Source of the DNA: an uncultured Bacillota bacterium
GTDB taxonomy: Bacteria; Bacillota; Clostridia; Christensenellales; UBA1242
DNA length: 59,319 bases
Reading direction: 5' to 3'
Assembly: GCA_938034555.1 (NCBI GenBank)
Contig: CALHLT010000019.1
Location: 1-59,319 of the forward strand
In this document: positions 19,569 to 29,632 of the stretch, piece after piece
Layout of the letters: every line of letters starts with the position of its first letter
Numbering within the stretch: the stretch's first letter is position 1
Program-made: the position numbers and the translations under genes
Notes under the pieces: model-generated
Told to the model about the DNA's origin: nothing
What the model saw: only the letters and a program-made list of their open reading frames with translations
The model's database searches: none

Positions 19569-21185
19569 CTAATTGTTTCCATTTTTTCGAAATTTTAACT
19601 TATTTCTTAAAAAATTTATTGCTATTCCAAAAGGAATTTTTTCAATTTCATGGTCCTCAAAAATTGGAGTAAAAATGCAAAGCAAAAGATATGAAAAACC
19701 TGCAATAAGCAGCGCAAAAACCATTGAAACAAAGCCCGAGAAAGCAAGAAGGAAAAGTTCGTTAAACCCAACAGCAATTCCAATTGCCAAAAGCGAATTT
19801 AAGAAAATGAAACAAACGCTTTTAAGCGAAAGCCCAAATCGAACTTCTTCTCGAAGCATAATTATGTTAAGCCCGCTTGAAATCGCATAGCACATAACAG
19901 AAGCCACGGCTGCCCCATAAATTAACAGAGGCGATTGAACAAGAAAAACAGTTAACAAAACCTTAACAATTCCCGCAACAAAAAGGTTTAAAAGCGCGCC
20001 AAAACTTCTGTTTTTCGCCTGCAAAATTGCAGTTGCAACTTGCAAAATTGAAATATAAAAAACATTAATTGCGCAAATTCGAAGCAAAAGCGCGCCAACT
20101 CCAAGGAGTTCGCCTTGCGTGGCGCTTGGATATAAAATTGCAATAATTTGCCTTGAAAAAGCAAGAAAAATGAAAACAAAAGGAATTGAAACAAAGAAAA
20201 CAATTTTGAAAATTGATTCAATTCTTTCGTTTTTTCCAAGTTCATTTTGAAAGGAAATTGCCGGAATTAACGCTGTTGCAAGAGCCGTTGAAACAATTGT
20301 TGGGAAATTTATTAGGGAATTTACCATTCCGCTGTAAACTCCAAACATTTGCGTTGAAAACAACGACGAAACACCGCTTGAATTAAGCAAATTTACAATT
20401 AAAAAACTGTCAACTGCCAAAATAAGAGGCAAAATTGACGCATTAAGAGTTATTGGAAAAACTTGCTTAATGAAAACCCAAAAATCTTGCCAAAATGTCT
20501 TTTCATTTTTTGGTTCAAGAATGTCGGTTTTTTCGCGTTTAGCAAGATAGGAAACAAAAAGATAGGCAAGAGCAACAACCTCTCCCACGGCAACGCCAAG
20601 CATTGCCCCCATTGTCCCAAATCCAACGCCTTTTGGCATTAGCAAAAACGCAAAAGTAAGCCCCAAAACAAGTTTTAAAACCTGCTCCAAAATTTGAGAA
20701 ACAGCGGTTGGAAGCATATTTTGATATCCTTGAAAATAACCTCTGAAAGCGGTTAAAACACTTGCAAAAATAATTGCAGCCGCTGCTCCAACATAGCCAA
20801 GAGAGGCAAGCGAGTTGCCTTGAAATGTTGCAATTTTTGCCCCAAGCAAGAAAAACAAAAGCGCAAAAACAAGGGAAAAGAAAGTTAAAAGCAAAATGGC
20901 TTGAAAAAGAAATCTGTTTGCGCGGCTTTTTTCGCCTTTCGCGCGGCAAGATGCAACAAGTTTTGAAAGCGCGGCGGGAACTCCTCCGCTTGCAAAAATT
21001 AAAAACAGCGAATAAACAGGAAAAACAAGTTGATAAACTCCAATTCCTTCGGGGCCAAGAATGTTTGAAAGCGGAATTCGATAGAACGCGCCAATAACTT
21101 TGCAAAGAAGCGCGCCAATTGTTAAAATAAGTGTTCCACGCGCAAATTTGCTTGATGTTTTTCCCTTAACTTTTGCTTTTTCCAT
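19569..21185 (-). CDS. MOP-superfamily flippase (polysaccharide biosynthesis protein / SpoVB / MurJ-like), about 14 TM
   Basis: Large polytopic protein with a KFARGTLILTIGALLCKVIGAFYRIPL N-terminus typical of the SpoVB/MurJ family. The start is uncertain: ATG 21185 or TTG 21221, neither with an SD. Confidence 0.7.
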   Translation of the reverse strand: MEKAKVKGKTSSKFARGTLILTIGALLCKVIGAFYRIPLSNILGPEGIGVYQLVFPVYSLFLIFASGGVPAALSKLVASCRAKGEKSRANRFLFQAILLLTFFSLVFALLFFLLGAKIATFQGNSLASLGYVGAAAAIIFASVLTAFRGYFQGYQNMLPTAVSQILEQVLKLVLGLTFAFLLMPKGVGFGTMGAMLGVAVGEVVALAYLFVSYLAKREKTDILEPKNEKTFWQDFWVFIKQVFPITLNASILPLILAVDSFLIVNLLNSSGVSSLFSTQMFGVYSGMVNSLINFPTIVSTALATALIPAISFQNELGKNERIESIFKIVFFVSIPFVFIFLAFSRQIIAILYPSATQGELLGVGALLLRICAINVFYISILQVATAILQAKNRSFGALLNLFVAGIVKVLLTVFLVQSPLLIYGAAVASVMCYAISSGLNIIMLREEVRFGLSLKSVCFIFLNSLLAIGIAVGFNELFLLAFSGFVSMVFALLIAGFSYLLLCIFTPIFEDHEIEKIPFGIAINFLRNKLKFRKNGNN

Positions 21186-21312
21186 TGCTATATTTTTAGG
21201 AAAAATTTTATATATATTCAAAAAAATAAAGGCAAATTGAAACGCTTTTTTAACAAAATTTACATATTTTTAAATTATCATTTAAATTGAAGAAATTTTG
21301 TTATTTTGAGCA

Positions 21313-21341
21313 CAAAAAAAGAAGCAATTGAACGCTTCTTT
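21313..21341 (-). terminator. Rho-independent terminator after rbfA
   Basis: On the minus strand, AAGAAGC gttcaatt GCTTCTT followed by TTTTTTG. Confidence 0.65.
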
Positions 21342-21350
21342 TTAATTTTT

Positions 21351-21695
21351 TTATTTATTTGTTTTGCTAATTTGATTTAACAATTCTTCAATTCTTTGCG
21401 CGTCTTTTTCAACATAATCCGAAACAAAGAAAATGTCTGGAATTCGCTTAATTTTAATATGTTTTGCAAGTTCTTTTTTGATAAAACCTTTCGACTGGTT
21501 TAAAACTTTAACAACTTCTTCGCTTTCTTCGTTTAAGCAAGAAATTGAAACTTTTGAAGAATATAAATCTGGCGATGTTTTAACTTCGCTTATCGTAACA
21601 AATTTCCCTTTCAAACGAAAATCGTCTAAATTGGAAATTATTGTTGAAAGCGCATTTTTAATTTCAAGGTCGACCCTTTCCATTCTAAATTTCAT
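21351..21695 (-). CDS. rbfA: Ribosome-binding factor A
   Basis: 114 aa directly downstream of infB. RVDLEIKNALSTII and VTISEVKTSPDL motifs. Confidence 0.9.
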   Translation of the reverse strand: MKFRMERVDLEIKNALSTIISNLDDFRLKGKFVTISEVKTSPDLYSSKVSISCLNEESEEVVKVLNQSKGFIKKELAKHIKIKRIPDIFFVSDYVEKDAQRIEELLNQISKTNK

Positions 21696-21704
21696 TGCGC
21701 ACCT

Positions 21705-24182
21705 CTAATTATTTTTAATTGGTTGATTGATATAGAATTCAAGTTTGTCGTCAACCTTAACAAGGTTTGCATCTTTAATTTTAATTCCACATTCAAAACC
21801 TTTAAGAACTTCCGCCTTATCGTCTTTAACAATTTTAAGGCTTTCAACTTGGTTTTCGCAAACAAGGTCTTTTCCGCGGAAAACGCGAACAAAACAGTTT
21901 CTTGTTGCCTTGCCGTCGGTGATATATGCCCCAACAACAAATCCAGCCGAAGAAAGTTTGAACATTGCGCGAACATCGGCGTGTCCAATGGTAACTTGTT
22001 CATATTTAACAGTTTGCATTCCTGTTATTGCAGCGGTTAAATCGTCAACAACTTCATAAATGATTGAGTAATCTTTAATTTCAACTTTTTCTGTTTTTGC
22101 AAGTTGTGCGGCTTTTGGCCCTGTTTTAACATTGAACGCAACTATAATCGCATCGGAAGCCTTTGCCAAAATAACATCCGATTCCGTAACAAAACCTGCT
22201 CCGCTATGGACGCAAACAACTTTAACTTCGTCGTTTCGAATTGCGGTTAAAGTTTGACGAAGCGCTTCAACAGAGCCTTGAACATCCGCTTTGATAATTA
22301 TGTTAAGCGATTTAAGTTTTCCTTCATTAACTCTGCTCATAAAATCGTCAAGCGAAACGCCCGAAGTTGACGATGTTTTTTCAACTTTAATTTTTGCTTT
22401 TCTTTCTTCAATAACTTGTTTCGAAAGTTTCTCGTCGATTGCAGCAACAGAGTCGCCAGATTCTGGAACATCGTTAAATCCAAGAACAGAAACGCAAATT
22501 GAAGGTTCTGCTTTCTTAACAGGTTTTCCGTTTTCGTCGTAAAGAGCGCGAACTTTTCCATATGTTAAGCCCGAAACAATGTTGTCGCCAACATGCAATG
22601 TTCCGTTTTGAACAAGAACAGATGCAACAGGCCCGCGATTCTTGTCAAGCGCCGCTTCAATAACAACGCCAGTTGCCATTCTTGTTGGGTCGGCTTTAAG
22701 TTCTTGAACTTCGGCAACAAGTTGGATTGTTTCCAAAAGTTTGTCAATTCCCATTCCTGTTTTAGCCGAAATTGGAACAAAAATTGTGTCCCCGCCCCAT
22801 TCTTCTGGCAAAATGCCCTTATCGGCAAGTTGTTGACGAACGCGGTCGATATTTGCTTCTGGCTTATCCATTTTATTGATTGCAACAATCATTGGAACGC
22901 CCGCTGCTTTAATATGGGCAATTGCTTCTTCTGTTTGTGGCATAAGCCCGTCGTCGGCTGCAACAACAAGAATTGCAACGTCGGTTATTTTTGCCCCGCG
23001 AGCGCGCATAGCCGTGAAGGCAGCGTGTCCAGGAGTGTCGATGAATGTAATTTTCTTTCCGTTTGCTTCAATTGAGTACGCACCAATTCGTTGAGTGATT
23101 CCCCCCGCTTCGCCCGAAACAACATTTGTTTTTCGAATTGCGTCAAGAAGCGAGGTTTTCCCGTGGTCAACGTGCCCCATAACAGCAACAACAGGAGGTC
23201 TTTCAACAAGATTTGTGTTATCGGCTTGGGTCATTTCTTTAAGCTGGTCTTCAAAACTCTTTTCAAGTTTAAGTTCAAGGGTTATTCCAAGTTCGCTTGC
23301 AACAAGCTCGGCAGTTTCGAAGTCAATAACACTGTTGATGTTTGCCATAATTCCAAGCATCATAAGTTGTTTAATGATTTCTGTTGCTGGTTTTCCGGTT
23401 TTTTCCGAAAGGTTTTTAACAGAAACATTTTCGGTTGTTATAACTGCATGGTCGATAACAGGAGCAACGAAAGAAGGTTGTTTTTCTTTCTTTGTTTTAA
23501 TAAGTTTTCTCGACCCCATTCTAATTTCTTCAAATCCGTCGGAATTGTTAACAACAAGGTTATTTCTTTCGCGATTTGGCTGCATTTTCTTTGCAGGTTG
23601 GCGTTTTTCTTCAATTTCACGCGATGGAGATTTATTTTTGTTTCCAAAACTTCTGTTTTGGTTGTTTTCTGGAATAACAATGTCTGGCGCGGCAAACGAA
23701 CGGAAGTTGTTTCCTTTGCTTGCTGCAAAGCCTGCTCCGCCTTTTTGATTGTTATTAAATTGTTTATCTTTGCCAAATTGATTTTGTTTTTGGAACTGGT
23801 TATTTTGAGGTCTTTGGAACTGTCCTTGTTTTTCATAAGGTTTTGAGAAAGGTTTTCTTTCGCCTTTGAAATCTTGGCGTTGTTGTCCAAATTTATTTTG
23901 AAATTGCTTTTGATTTTCTTGTCCAGAAAAATTTTGTTTATTTTCGTAAACAATTTCTGTTTTAACAGGCGCAACTTCCTCTTTCTTTGGCTCTTCCTTA
24001 ACCTCTGCCGCCGCCAAAGCAGCCGATTTTTGTTTCTTAATTTTTGATGCCTCGGAAAGAATATGTTCAAGTTGGATTCTTGTTGAACGAAGATCGCGAA
24101 TTAACGCTTGAACCGTTCCCGTAACTTGAATATCATGAATCTTTTTGAGGTTAACAAAGCCATTTCCTTTTTGTTCTGCCAT
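21705..24182 (-). CDS. infB: Translation initiation factor IF-2
   Basis: [13 protein letters not shown]1 motif, [12 protein letters not shown], and a long Q/N/K-rich low-complexity N-terminal linker. SD AAAGGAG. Confidence 0.97.
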   Translation of the reverse strand: MAEQKGNGFVNLKKIHDIQVTGTVQALIRDLRSTRIQLEHILSEASKIKKQKSAALAAAEVKEEPKKEEVAPVKTEIVYENKQNFSGQENQKQFQNKFGQQRQDFKGERKPFSKPYEKQGQFQRPQNNQFQKQNQFGKDKQFNNNQKGGAGFAASKGNNFRSFAAPDIVIPENNQNRSFGNKNKSPSREIEEKRQPAKKMQPNRERNNLVVNNSDGFEEIRMGSRKLIKTKKEKQPSFVAPVIDHAVITTENVSVKNLSEKTGKPATEIIKQLMMLGIMANINSVIDFETAELVASELGITLELKLEKSFEDQLKEMTQADNTNLVERPPVVAVMGHVDHGKTSLLDAIRKTNVVSGEAGGITQRIGAYSIEANGKKITFIDTPGHAAFTAMRARGAKITDVAILVVAADDGLMPQTEEAIAHIKAAGVPMIVAINKMDKPEANIDRVRQQLADKGILPEEWGGDTIFVPISAKTGMGIDKLLETIQLVAEVQELKADPTRMATGVVIEAALDKNRGPVASVLVQNGTLHVGDNIVSGLTYGKVRALYDENGKPVKKAEPSICVSVLGFNDVPESGDSVAAIDEKLSKQVIEERKAKIKVEKTSSTSGVSLDDFMSRVNEGKLKSLNIIIKADVQGSVEALRQTLTAIRNDEVKVVCVHSGAGFVTESDVILAKASDAIIVAFNVKTGPKAAQLAKTEKVEIKDYSIIYEVVDDLTAAITGMQTVKYEQVTIGHADVRAMFKLSSAGFVVGAYITDGKATRNCFVRVFRGKDLVCENQVESLKIVKDDKAEVLKGFECGIKIKDANLVKVDDKLEFYINQPIKNN

Positions 24183-24433
24183 TAAATCTCCTTTAAACTT
24201 GAAAGTTTATCATAAATTTCTTCAGGGACTTGAGTTTTAAACGCTCTGTTAAGCCCTCTGTTTTTTTTAAGTTTCGAAATGCACTCACCTTCTTTGCAGA
24301 TATATGCGCCGCGTCCTTCTGCTTTTTGGGTTTCGTCGATATTGAATTCCCCTTTGCTGTTTCTACAAACTCGAATAAGTTTGTTCTTATTCTTCATTTC
24401 ACGGCACACACAGCACATTCTTAAACTTTCCAT
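24182..24433 (-). CDS. ylxR: YlxR/RnpM family (DUF448) RNA-binding protein
   Basis: RMCCVCREMKNKNKLIRV and GRGAYIC motifs. Its stop overlaps the infB ATG (TAATG). Confidence 0.88.
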   Translation of the reverse strand: MESLRMCCVCREMKNKNKLIRVCRNSKGEFNIDETQKAEGRGAYICKEGECISKLKKNRGLNRAFKTQVPEEIYDKLSSLKEI

Positions 24434-24441
24434 TTTTCTCC

Positions 24442-25596
24442 TTATTCTGCGTCAATTTCTTCAAGGTCGTCAAAACCGCCAAAATCGAAATCGCCGTTAT
24501 CTTCTGGAACATTTGTAAGTTCATATTCAACTTCGGCTGGTTTCTCTTCTTCTTTTGCAATCTCGGTTTCTGGCTTAACATCAATTTTCCAACCAGTAAG
24601 TCTTGCAGCAAGACGAACATTTTGCCCGCTTTTTCCAATTGCAAGCGAAAGCTTGTTTGCTGGAACAATAACTCTTGACGCTTTAAGACTGTCGTTTGTT
24701 TCAACGCTAATAATTTGCGCAGGGCTTAAAGCACGAGCAATATATTCAAGTGGGTCGTCAGAATAGAGAACTAAATCAATTTTTTCGCCGTTAAGTTCGG
24801 AAACGATTGTGTTAATTCTAACTCCGCGATTTCCAACGCAAGCGCCAACAGCATCAACATTTGGTTTTTCGCTGTAAACAGCAACTTTTGTTCTGTTTCC
24901 TGGGTCACGAGCAATGTTTTTGATGATAACTTCGCCGCTTTCAATTTCTGGGATTTCAAGTTCGAAAAGTTTTCTAACAAATCCAATGTTGCTTCTTGAA
25001 ACTTGAATTTGAGGGCCACGGAACGAATCTTTAATTCGTTTAACATAAACTTTAATTCTGTCGCCTTCGTGGAACTTTTCACCTGGGATTTGATCGCTTT
25101 CAAGCATAACGCCTTCGCTGTGGGAACCTGCAATTTGAACATAAACAACGCCGTTTTCAATTCTCTTAACAACAGTTGTTAAAAGTTCGTCTTCTTTTTC
25201 GCTAAGTTCGTCAACAGCAATTTGTCTTTCAATTTCTTTAAGTTTTTGCATAACAACTTGTTTTGCAGTTTGCGCAGCAATTCTTCCAAATTCTTTTGTT
25301 GATTCTTCTTCAACAACGCTGTCGCCAATTTGATAGGACTTTTTAAGTTTTCTTGCTTCTTCCAAAGAAATTTCCTTATCCATGTCTTCTGGTTCTTCAA
25401 CGATTTTTTTATAGCTGTAAATTTTAATTGTGTTTTTCTCTGGATTCAACTTAACAAGCGCGTTTTTCGCTTCGCCATACATTTTCTTATATGCCGATGT
25501 TAAAGCAGTTTCAAGCGCTTCAATAAATTGCTCCTTGTTAATCTTTTTTTGCATTTCCAATTCGTCAAGTGCTAAAAAGAAATCTTTGTTAATCAT
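24442..25596 (-). CDS. nusA: Transcription termination/antitermination factor NusA
   Basis: S1 and two KH domains (GACVGNRGVRINTIVSELNGEKIDL, AIGKSGQNVRLAARLTGWKIDV). Confidence 0.96.
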   Translation of the reverse strand: MINKDFFLALDELEMQKKINKEQFIEALETALTSAYKKMYGEAKNALVKLNPEKNTIKIYSYKKIVEEPEDMDKEISLEEARKLKKSYQIGDSVVEEESTKEFGRIAAQTAKQVVMQKLKEIERQIAVDELSEKEDELLTTVVKRIENGVVYVQIAGSHSEGVMLESDQIPGEKFHEGDRIKVYVKRIKDSFRGPQIQVSRSNIGFVRKLFELEIPEIESGEVIIKNIARDPGNRTKVAVYSEKPNVDAVGACVGNRGVRINTIVSELNGEKIDLVLYSDDPLEYIARALSPAQIISVETNDSLKASRVIVPANKLSLAIGKSGQNVRLAARLTGWKIDVKPETEIAKEEEKPAEVEYELTNVPEDNGDFDFGGFDDLEEIDAE

Positions 25597-25640
25597 TTTT
25601 TAATTCTCCTCGTTTAATTTAATTTTTTTGCAATTAAGGT

Positions 25641-26090
25641 TTAGAAATCAATGTGCAAAACAATGTTTCCAATTGATTTTCTCTCGAAAGGTGCAAATCC
25701 TTCAAGGGTTATTGTTTCGTCGCTGTAATCAACAAGTTTCCCCGAAAACTCTTTTTGTTTGTTAATTGCTTTGTATAACTTGATGTCAACTTCTTTTCCA
25801 AGATTTCTTTTCAAATCTTTGTTGGTTTTCAAAGGACGGTCAAGCCCGCAAGAACTAACATTCAAAATATACGCCCCGTCGCCCGTTGGGTTAACTTCGT
25901 CAAGAGGCGCGTCGATTGCTTTATGAACTTTTTCGCAATCGTCAAGAGTTATTCCGTTTGGACTGTCGATATAGAAAGTTAAGTTCATTCCGTCAACTTT
26001 CTTCGCAAATTCAACCTCAACAACTTCATAGCCAAGCTTTTCAATTATTGGGCAAATTTTTTCTTCAACAATTTCAACTGTCTTTGCCAT
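25641..26090 (-). CDS. rimP: Ribosome maturation factor RimP
   Basis: 149 aa immediately upstream of nusA with a typical RimP N-terminal fold sequence. Confidence 0.88.
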   Translation of the reverse strand: MAKTVEIVEEKICPIIEKLGYEVVEVEFAKKVDGMNLTFYIDSPNGITLDDCEKVHKAIDAPLDEVNPTGDGAYILNVSSCGLDRPLKTNKDLKRNLGKEVDIKLYKAINKQKEFSGKLVDYSDETITLEGFAPFERKSIGNIVLHIDF

Positions 26091-26149
26091 ATTTTTCCTT
26101 TTAATTGCAAGTTTTCAAAATTTTGCAAAAGTCTTTAAATTTTTAAGAA

Positions 26150-26169
26150 GGTGAGCCTCTCGGCTCACC
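26150..26169 (-). terminator. GC-rich hairpin downstream of prfB (terminator-like, weak T-tract)
   Basis: GGTGAGCC tctc GGCTCACC perfect 8-bp stem. On the minus strand it is followed by TTCTTAAAAATTT. Confidence 0.45.
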
Positions 26170-26244
26170 CCCTCAAATCTTTAAGTCTTTGTTATTATAA
26201 CACAATTTTATTAAAAAGCAACATATTTTTGCCTTATTTTCCGC

Positions 26245-27355
26245 CTAAGTTGCGCTTTTTTTCAAATAATCGCTTATAAAAGGCTCGATATTTCCGTCCA
26301 TAACTCCATAAACATCGCTTGTTTCATAGTTAGTTCGGTGGTCTTTAACCATTGTGTATGGGGCAAAAACATACGAACGAATTTGACTTCCCCACTCAAT
26401 TTTTTTAAGTTCGCCGCGAATTTGGTTAAGCTTTTCAAGTTCTTCTTGCTCTTGCTTTTCAACAAGTTTTGAAAGCAACATTTTCATGCAAGTTTCGCGG
26501 TTTTGAATTTGGCTTCGCTCGGTTTGGCACGAAACAACAAAGCCGGTTGGAATGTGCGTAATTCGAATTGCGCTTTCTGTTTTGTTAACGTGCTGCCCGC
26601 CCGCCCCGCTGCTTCGATAGGTGTCAACTTTAAGGTCTTCTGGGCGAATAACAATGTCTGGCGCTTCGCTTATTTCTGGCATAACTTCAACGCTTGCAAA
26701 ACTTGTGTGGCGTCGCGCGTTGGAATCGAAAGGTGAAATTCTAACAAGTCTGTGAACTCCCTTCTCGCATTTCAAAAAGCCATAGGCATTTTCGCCTTCA
26801 ACAAGGAAAGTTATTGATTTAATTCCCGCTTCATCGCCGTCCAAAACGCTTAAAACGCTTGTTTTAAAACCTTCTTTTTCGGCATACATGCAATACATTC
26901 GATATAGCATGCTTGCCCAGTCTTGCGCTTCTGTTCCGCCTGCGCCGGCATGGATTGTTAAAATTGCGTTGTTCGAATCGTATTTCCCTTTCAAAAGTGT
27001 TTCAAGTTTAATTTTGTCAATTTCCTCTTCATAATCTTTAAGTTCTTTTGACAATTCAGAATAGAATTCCGCCGCCTCGCTTTCGCTTGAAATTTCAATA
27101 AGTTCAACAAGCGCTTCAAGGTCGGAAAGTTTTGTTTCAAGTTTATTTGCTTTATCAAGTTTTGTTTCAAGGATTTTAAGTTCTTTCCCAACTTTCAAAA
27201 CTTTTGCGTTATCTTGCCAAAAATCTTCCTGCTCTTGTTCTTTTTTTAGCGCAGCAATTTTTTCTTTAACACTTTCCGGGTCAAAGACACTCCTTTATGA
27301 AACCAAAATCTTTTTCAAGTTCTTTAATTTTAATCTTTTCATTTTCAATTATCAT
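26245..27355 (-). CDS. prfB: Peptide chain release factor 2, expressed via a programmed +1 frameshift (join 27355..27284, 27282..26245)
   Basis: The frame-0 ORF MIIENEKIKIKELEKDFGFIKECL ends at CTT TGA C. The +1 frame continues DPESVKEKIAALKKEQEQEDFWQDNAKVLKVGKEL... into the 317-aa track ORF, which carries the SPF and GGQHVNKTESA motifs. Confidence 0.93.
27280..27296 (-). promoter_or_regulatory. prfB autoregulatory +1 frameshift site
   Basis: The minus strand reads AAAGGAG tgt CTT TGA C: an internal SD-like element 3 nt upstream of the slippery CTT plus an in-frame TGA followed by C. Confidence 0.9.
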
Positions 27356-27425
27356 ACTTTGAATTCTAGCAATTTGCCCTTGCTTTGTCAAACAAAATAT
27401 TCCCAACAAATTCGGTTTTTAAAGA

Positions 27426-27453
27426 ACATTTACATCTCCCGCCGCATAACTTA
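27426..27453 (+). promoter_or_regulatory. Possible sigmaK-type (late mother-cell) promoter
   Basis: AC (27426..27427), 17-nt spacer, CATAACTTA (27445..27453) fits AC-N16/17-CATANNNTA. No sigmaA-like boxes are seen. Confidence 0.3.
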
Positions 27454-27483
27454 TTACTGAGAACAAAAATTTGGAGGTTTAAA

Positions 27484-28137
27484 ATGTCTTTTTATATCAA
27501 CAACAATAACACCTGCCGCCCAGGAGGACTTAGCGGAAATCCTTCAAGCGGCTTGTGCGAGAAGGCACTTATTGAAGTTACAAAAATTTTCGATGCGTGC
27601 CGTCAACAAATGGTTGAAACAGGCCTAACGCTTGCCTTAACCGACTTCAACCCAGCAAGCCCAACTTTGCCACTTACATTCATTTCCGCAACAACTTTAA
27701 TTGATAACCCAGCAACTATAAGCGATGTTATCATCGACAGAATTGAACAACGCCCTAACTTTGCAAATGTTACGGGAACTGTCACTGTTCCAATTCAAGT
27801 TAACTATCGCGATGCAAACGGAACACTTGGAGTTGCAAATTCAACAATAACCGTTCCAGAAAGTGTTATAATGTTTGTTCCACAACCATCTGTAACACCA
27901 CTTGATGTAACAGTTTTTGCAACATTTAATTCAACAATTGGCTCAATTAACACCGAAGGAAACACAGCAACCGTAACTGGATGCCTTAACATCATCTTAA
28001 AAATTTCGGCAAAAGTTGACATTCTTGTTCCTTCCTATGGCTATCCAGTTATTCCACCATGCCGCCAAGCAGAAACACAAATTTGCCCAGGAACCGGCGA
28101 CTTGCCTCTTTTCCCAACGGCAATTAATAATAACTAG
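27484..28137 (+). CDS. Cysteine-bracketed, Thr/Val/Asn/Pro-rich beta-type protein of unknown function (candidate spore coat/surface protein)
   Basis: ATG 27484 behind SD TGGAGG; the track start at 27385 is a TTG with no SD. 217 aa, no signal peptide. It has 3 Cys in the first 40 aa (positions 11, 25, 39) and 3 in the last 50. Confidence 0.6.
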   Translation: MSFYINNNNTCRPGGLSGNPSSGLCEKALIEVTKIFDACRQQMVETGLTLALTDFNPASPTLPLTFISATTLIDNPATISDVIIDRIEQRPNFANVTGTVTVPIQVNYRDANGTLGVANSTITVPESVIMFVPQPSVTPLDVTVFATFNSTIGSINTEGNTATVTGCLNIILKISAKVDILVPSYGYPVIPPCRQAETQICPGTGDLPLFPTAINNN

Positions 28138-28157
28138 CAAAAAAAAAGATAAAAAAC

Positions 28158-28189
28158 AAAAGTTCGTCCCATGAAGGCGAACTTTTTTT
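28158..28189 (+). terminator. Rho-independent terminator
   Basis: AAAAGTTCG tcccatgaagg CGAACTTTT followed by TTTTA. Confidence 0.7.
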
Positions 28190-28313
28190 ATTTTATTTGC
28201 ATTTTCGCGCAAAAAATTGTTTCAAAAAAATCAAAATGTTAAAAATAAGTAAATAAAAAAGTTTTAATTTTTAAAATCTTTGTGATAAACTTAAATTTAA
28301 TTAAGGAGCGAAC

Positions 28314-28736
28314 ATGATTATTCTTGCATGCGACCACGCTGGTTATCCACTTAAAGAAGAAATTAAAAAATTTTTTAATAATGAAAACATAACAACAATT
28401 GATGTTGGAACTTACAGCACCGATTCTGTTGACTATCCAGATTTTGCAAAACTTGGAAATGCAAAAGTTTTGGAAAGCGAAAACAACATTGGAATTTACA
28501 TTTGCGGAACAGGAGTTGGAATGAGCATAATTGCAAATCGAAACCCTAAAATTCGCGCTGCTCTTTGCTGGAACACAACAATTGCATCGCTTGCAAGACG
28601 CCATAACAACGCAAATGTTCTTGTTCTTGCTGGAAGATACACAGGAAAGCGCAAAGCAATTCGAATTGTTAAAGAATTTTTAACAACTCAATTTGAAGCT
28701 GGGCGTCATGCAAAACGCGTTAAAAAATTGGGCTAA
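28314..28736 (+). CDS. rpiB: Ribose-5-phosphate isomerase B
   Basis: MIILACDHAGYPLKEEI, CGTGVGMSIIANR, 140 aa. Confidence 0.93.
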   Translation: MIILACDHAGYPLKEEIKKFFNNENITTIDVGTYSTDSVDYPDFAKLGNAKVLESENNIGIYICGTGVGMSIIANRNPKIRAALCWNTTIASLARRHNNANVLVLAGRYTGKRKAIRIVKEFLTTQFEAGRHAKRVKKLG

Positions 28737-28748
28737 GGAGAAAATTTT

Positions 28749-29591
28749 ATGGTTTATAGTTTTGTTTTTCTTGGAGAAAGAAACAGAGAAAAAATTTTGG
28801 GCGAATTATCAAAAAAAATAAATTTGCCAACTTCGTCCTATCAAGTTATCTTTTTAACAAACAAAAAACCACAAAATGAAAGACTTTCAAATCAATTTCC
28901 TCACATAAATTTCAAAACGATTGTTTTTGGCGAAACTGCAACGCCAGACCAAATGTTTGAAACTCTAATTCATTCCGAAAGCCTTGGAAACCTTGTTCTT
29001 TTTAAAGAAAGCGCAAAAACAATTAATTTCGACGATGTTAACAGAATGATTGAACAAGCGCAAAACGGCGCAAAAATTGTTGTTTCAAAACAACTTAAAA
29101 ATGATAATTTTTTCACGCGTATATTTGACGCTGTTAAAAACTTTTTCACACGAATTTTTATTGGACTTAAACTCTACCCTGGCGAAGCAGATATAATTCT
29201 TCTCGACAGTGTTCTTTGCGAAACGCTTGCCCAACTTGACGGCAAAAGCGCTCTTTTAACAAAAGTTAACGGCTGGGCAGGAGTTGCTCCAAAAGTTGTT
29301 TCAACTTCAAACCAAGAAAAAGAAAAGAAACCTATTCATTTTAAAAGGTTTATCTTCCCTCTTGTTTGGGCTGCCCTTTTCCTTGGAATGATTGTTGGAA
29401 ACATCTTGTTTGCAGTTTTAGGCGTCAGCCTTCCTTTCATTGGAATGTTCTCCTACATCGTTGGGGAAATTGCCATGTTTGGGCTTTTCATATACAGTTT
29501 AACCAAAGCGTTGTTTAACGCAAGATTTGGACAAATTGCCTATGTTCTTCAAGCAGAAGTTGTTGAAGTTATTGATAATTTCGACGATTAA
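28749..29591 (+). CDS. Hypothetical membrane protein (soluble N-terminal domain, two C-terminal TM helices)
   Basis: SD AAGGAG. Contains the internal tandem motif NFFTRIFDAVKNFFTRIF. No catalytic motif recognised. Confidence 0.5.
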   Translation: MVYSFVFLGERNREKILGELSKKINLPTSSYQVIFLTNKKPQNERLSNQFPHINFKTIVFGETATPDQMFETLIHSESLGNLVLFKESAKTINFDDVNRMIEQAQNGAKIVVSKQLKNDNFFTRIFDAVKNFFTRIFIGLKLYPGEADIILLDSVLCETLAQLDGKSALLTKVNGWAGVAPKVVSTSNQEKEKKPIHFKRFIFPLVWAALFLGMIVGNILFAVLGVSLPFIGMFSYIVGEIAMFGLFIYSLTKALFNARFGQIAYVLQAEVVEVIDNFDD

Positions 29592-29632
29592 GGCAAAAAC
29601 TAAATAAGTTATTTAAAAGGGGGCAAAAAAAG

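Noticed and set aside
20539-21105. A 188-aa Cys/Arg-rich ORF in another frame of the SpoVB-like gene.
   Set aside because: It is fully nested in a convincing polytopic membrane protein ORF. Its composition is typical of an out-of-frame translation, and it has no SD.
23091-24070. Long alternative-frame and antisense ORFs inside infB: 251 aa and 217 aa on the plus strand, 210 aa on the minus strand.
   Set aside because: They lie entirely within the infB coding region. Their compositions are low-complexity and have no SD, and they arise from the repetitive Q/N/K-rich linker. They are shadow ORFs.
24182-24442. The absence of the L7Ae-like ylxQ gene between ylxR and infB, and of trmD-rplS after rimM, as possible deletions.
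   Set aside because: The gene junctions are tight and clean: a TAATG overlap in one case and a terminator directly after rimM in the other. This looks like lineage-specific operon organisation rather than an anomaly.
27385-27483. The N-terminal extension of the 250-aa track ORF (MSNKIFPTNSVFKEHLHLPPHNLLLRTKIWRFK).
   Set aside because: It begins at a TTG with no SD and runs across the likely promoter. The internal ATG at 27484 has a strong TGGAGG SD at ideal spacing.
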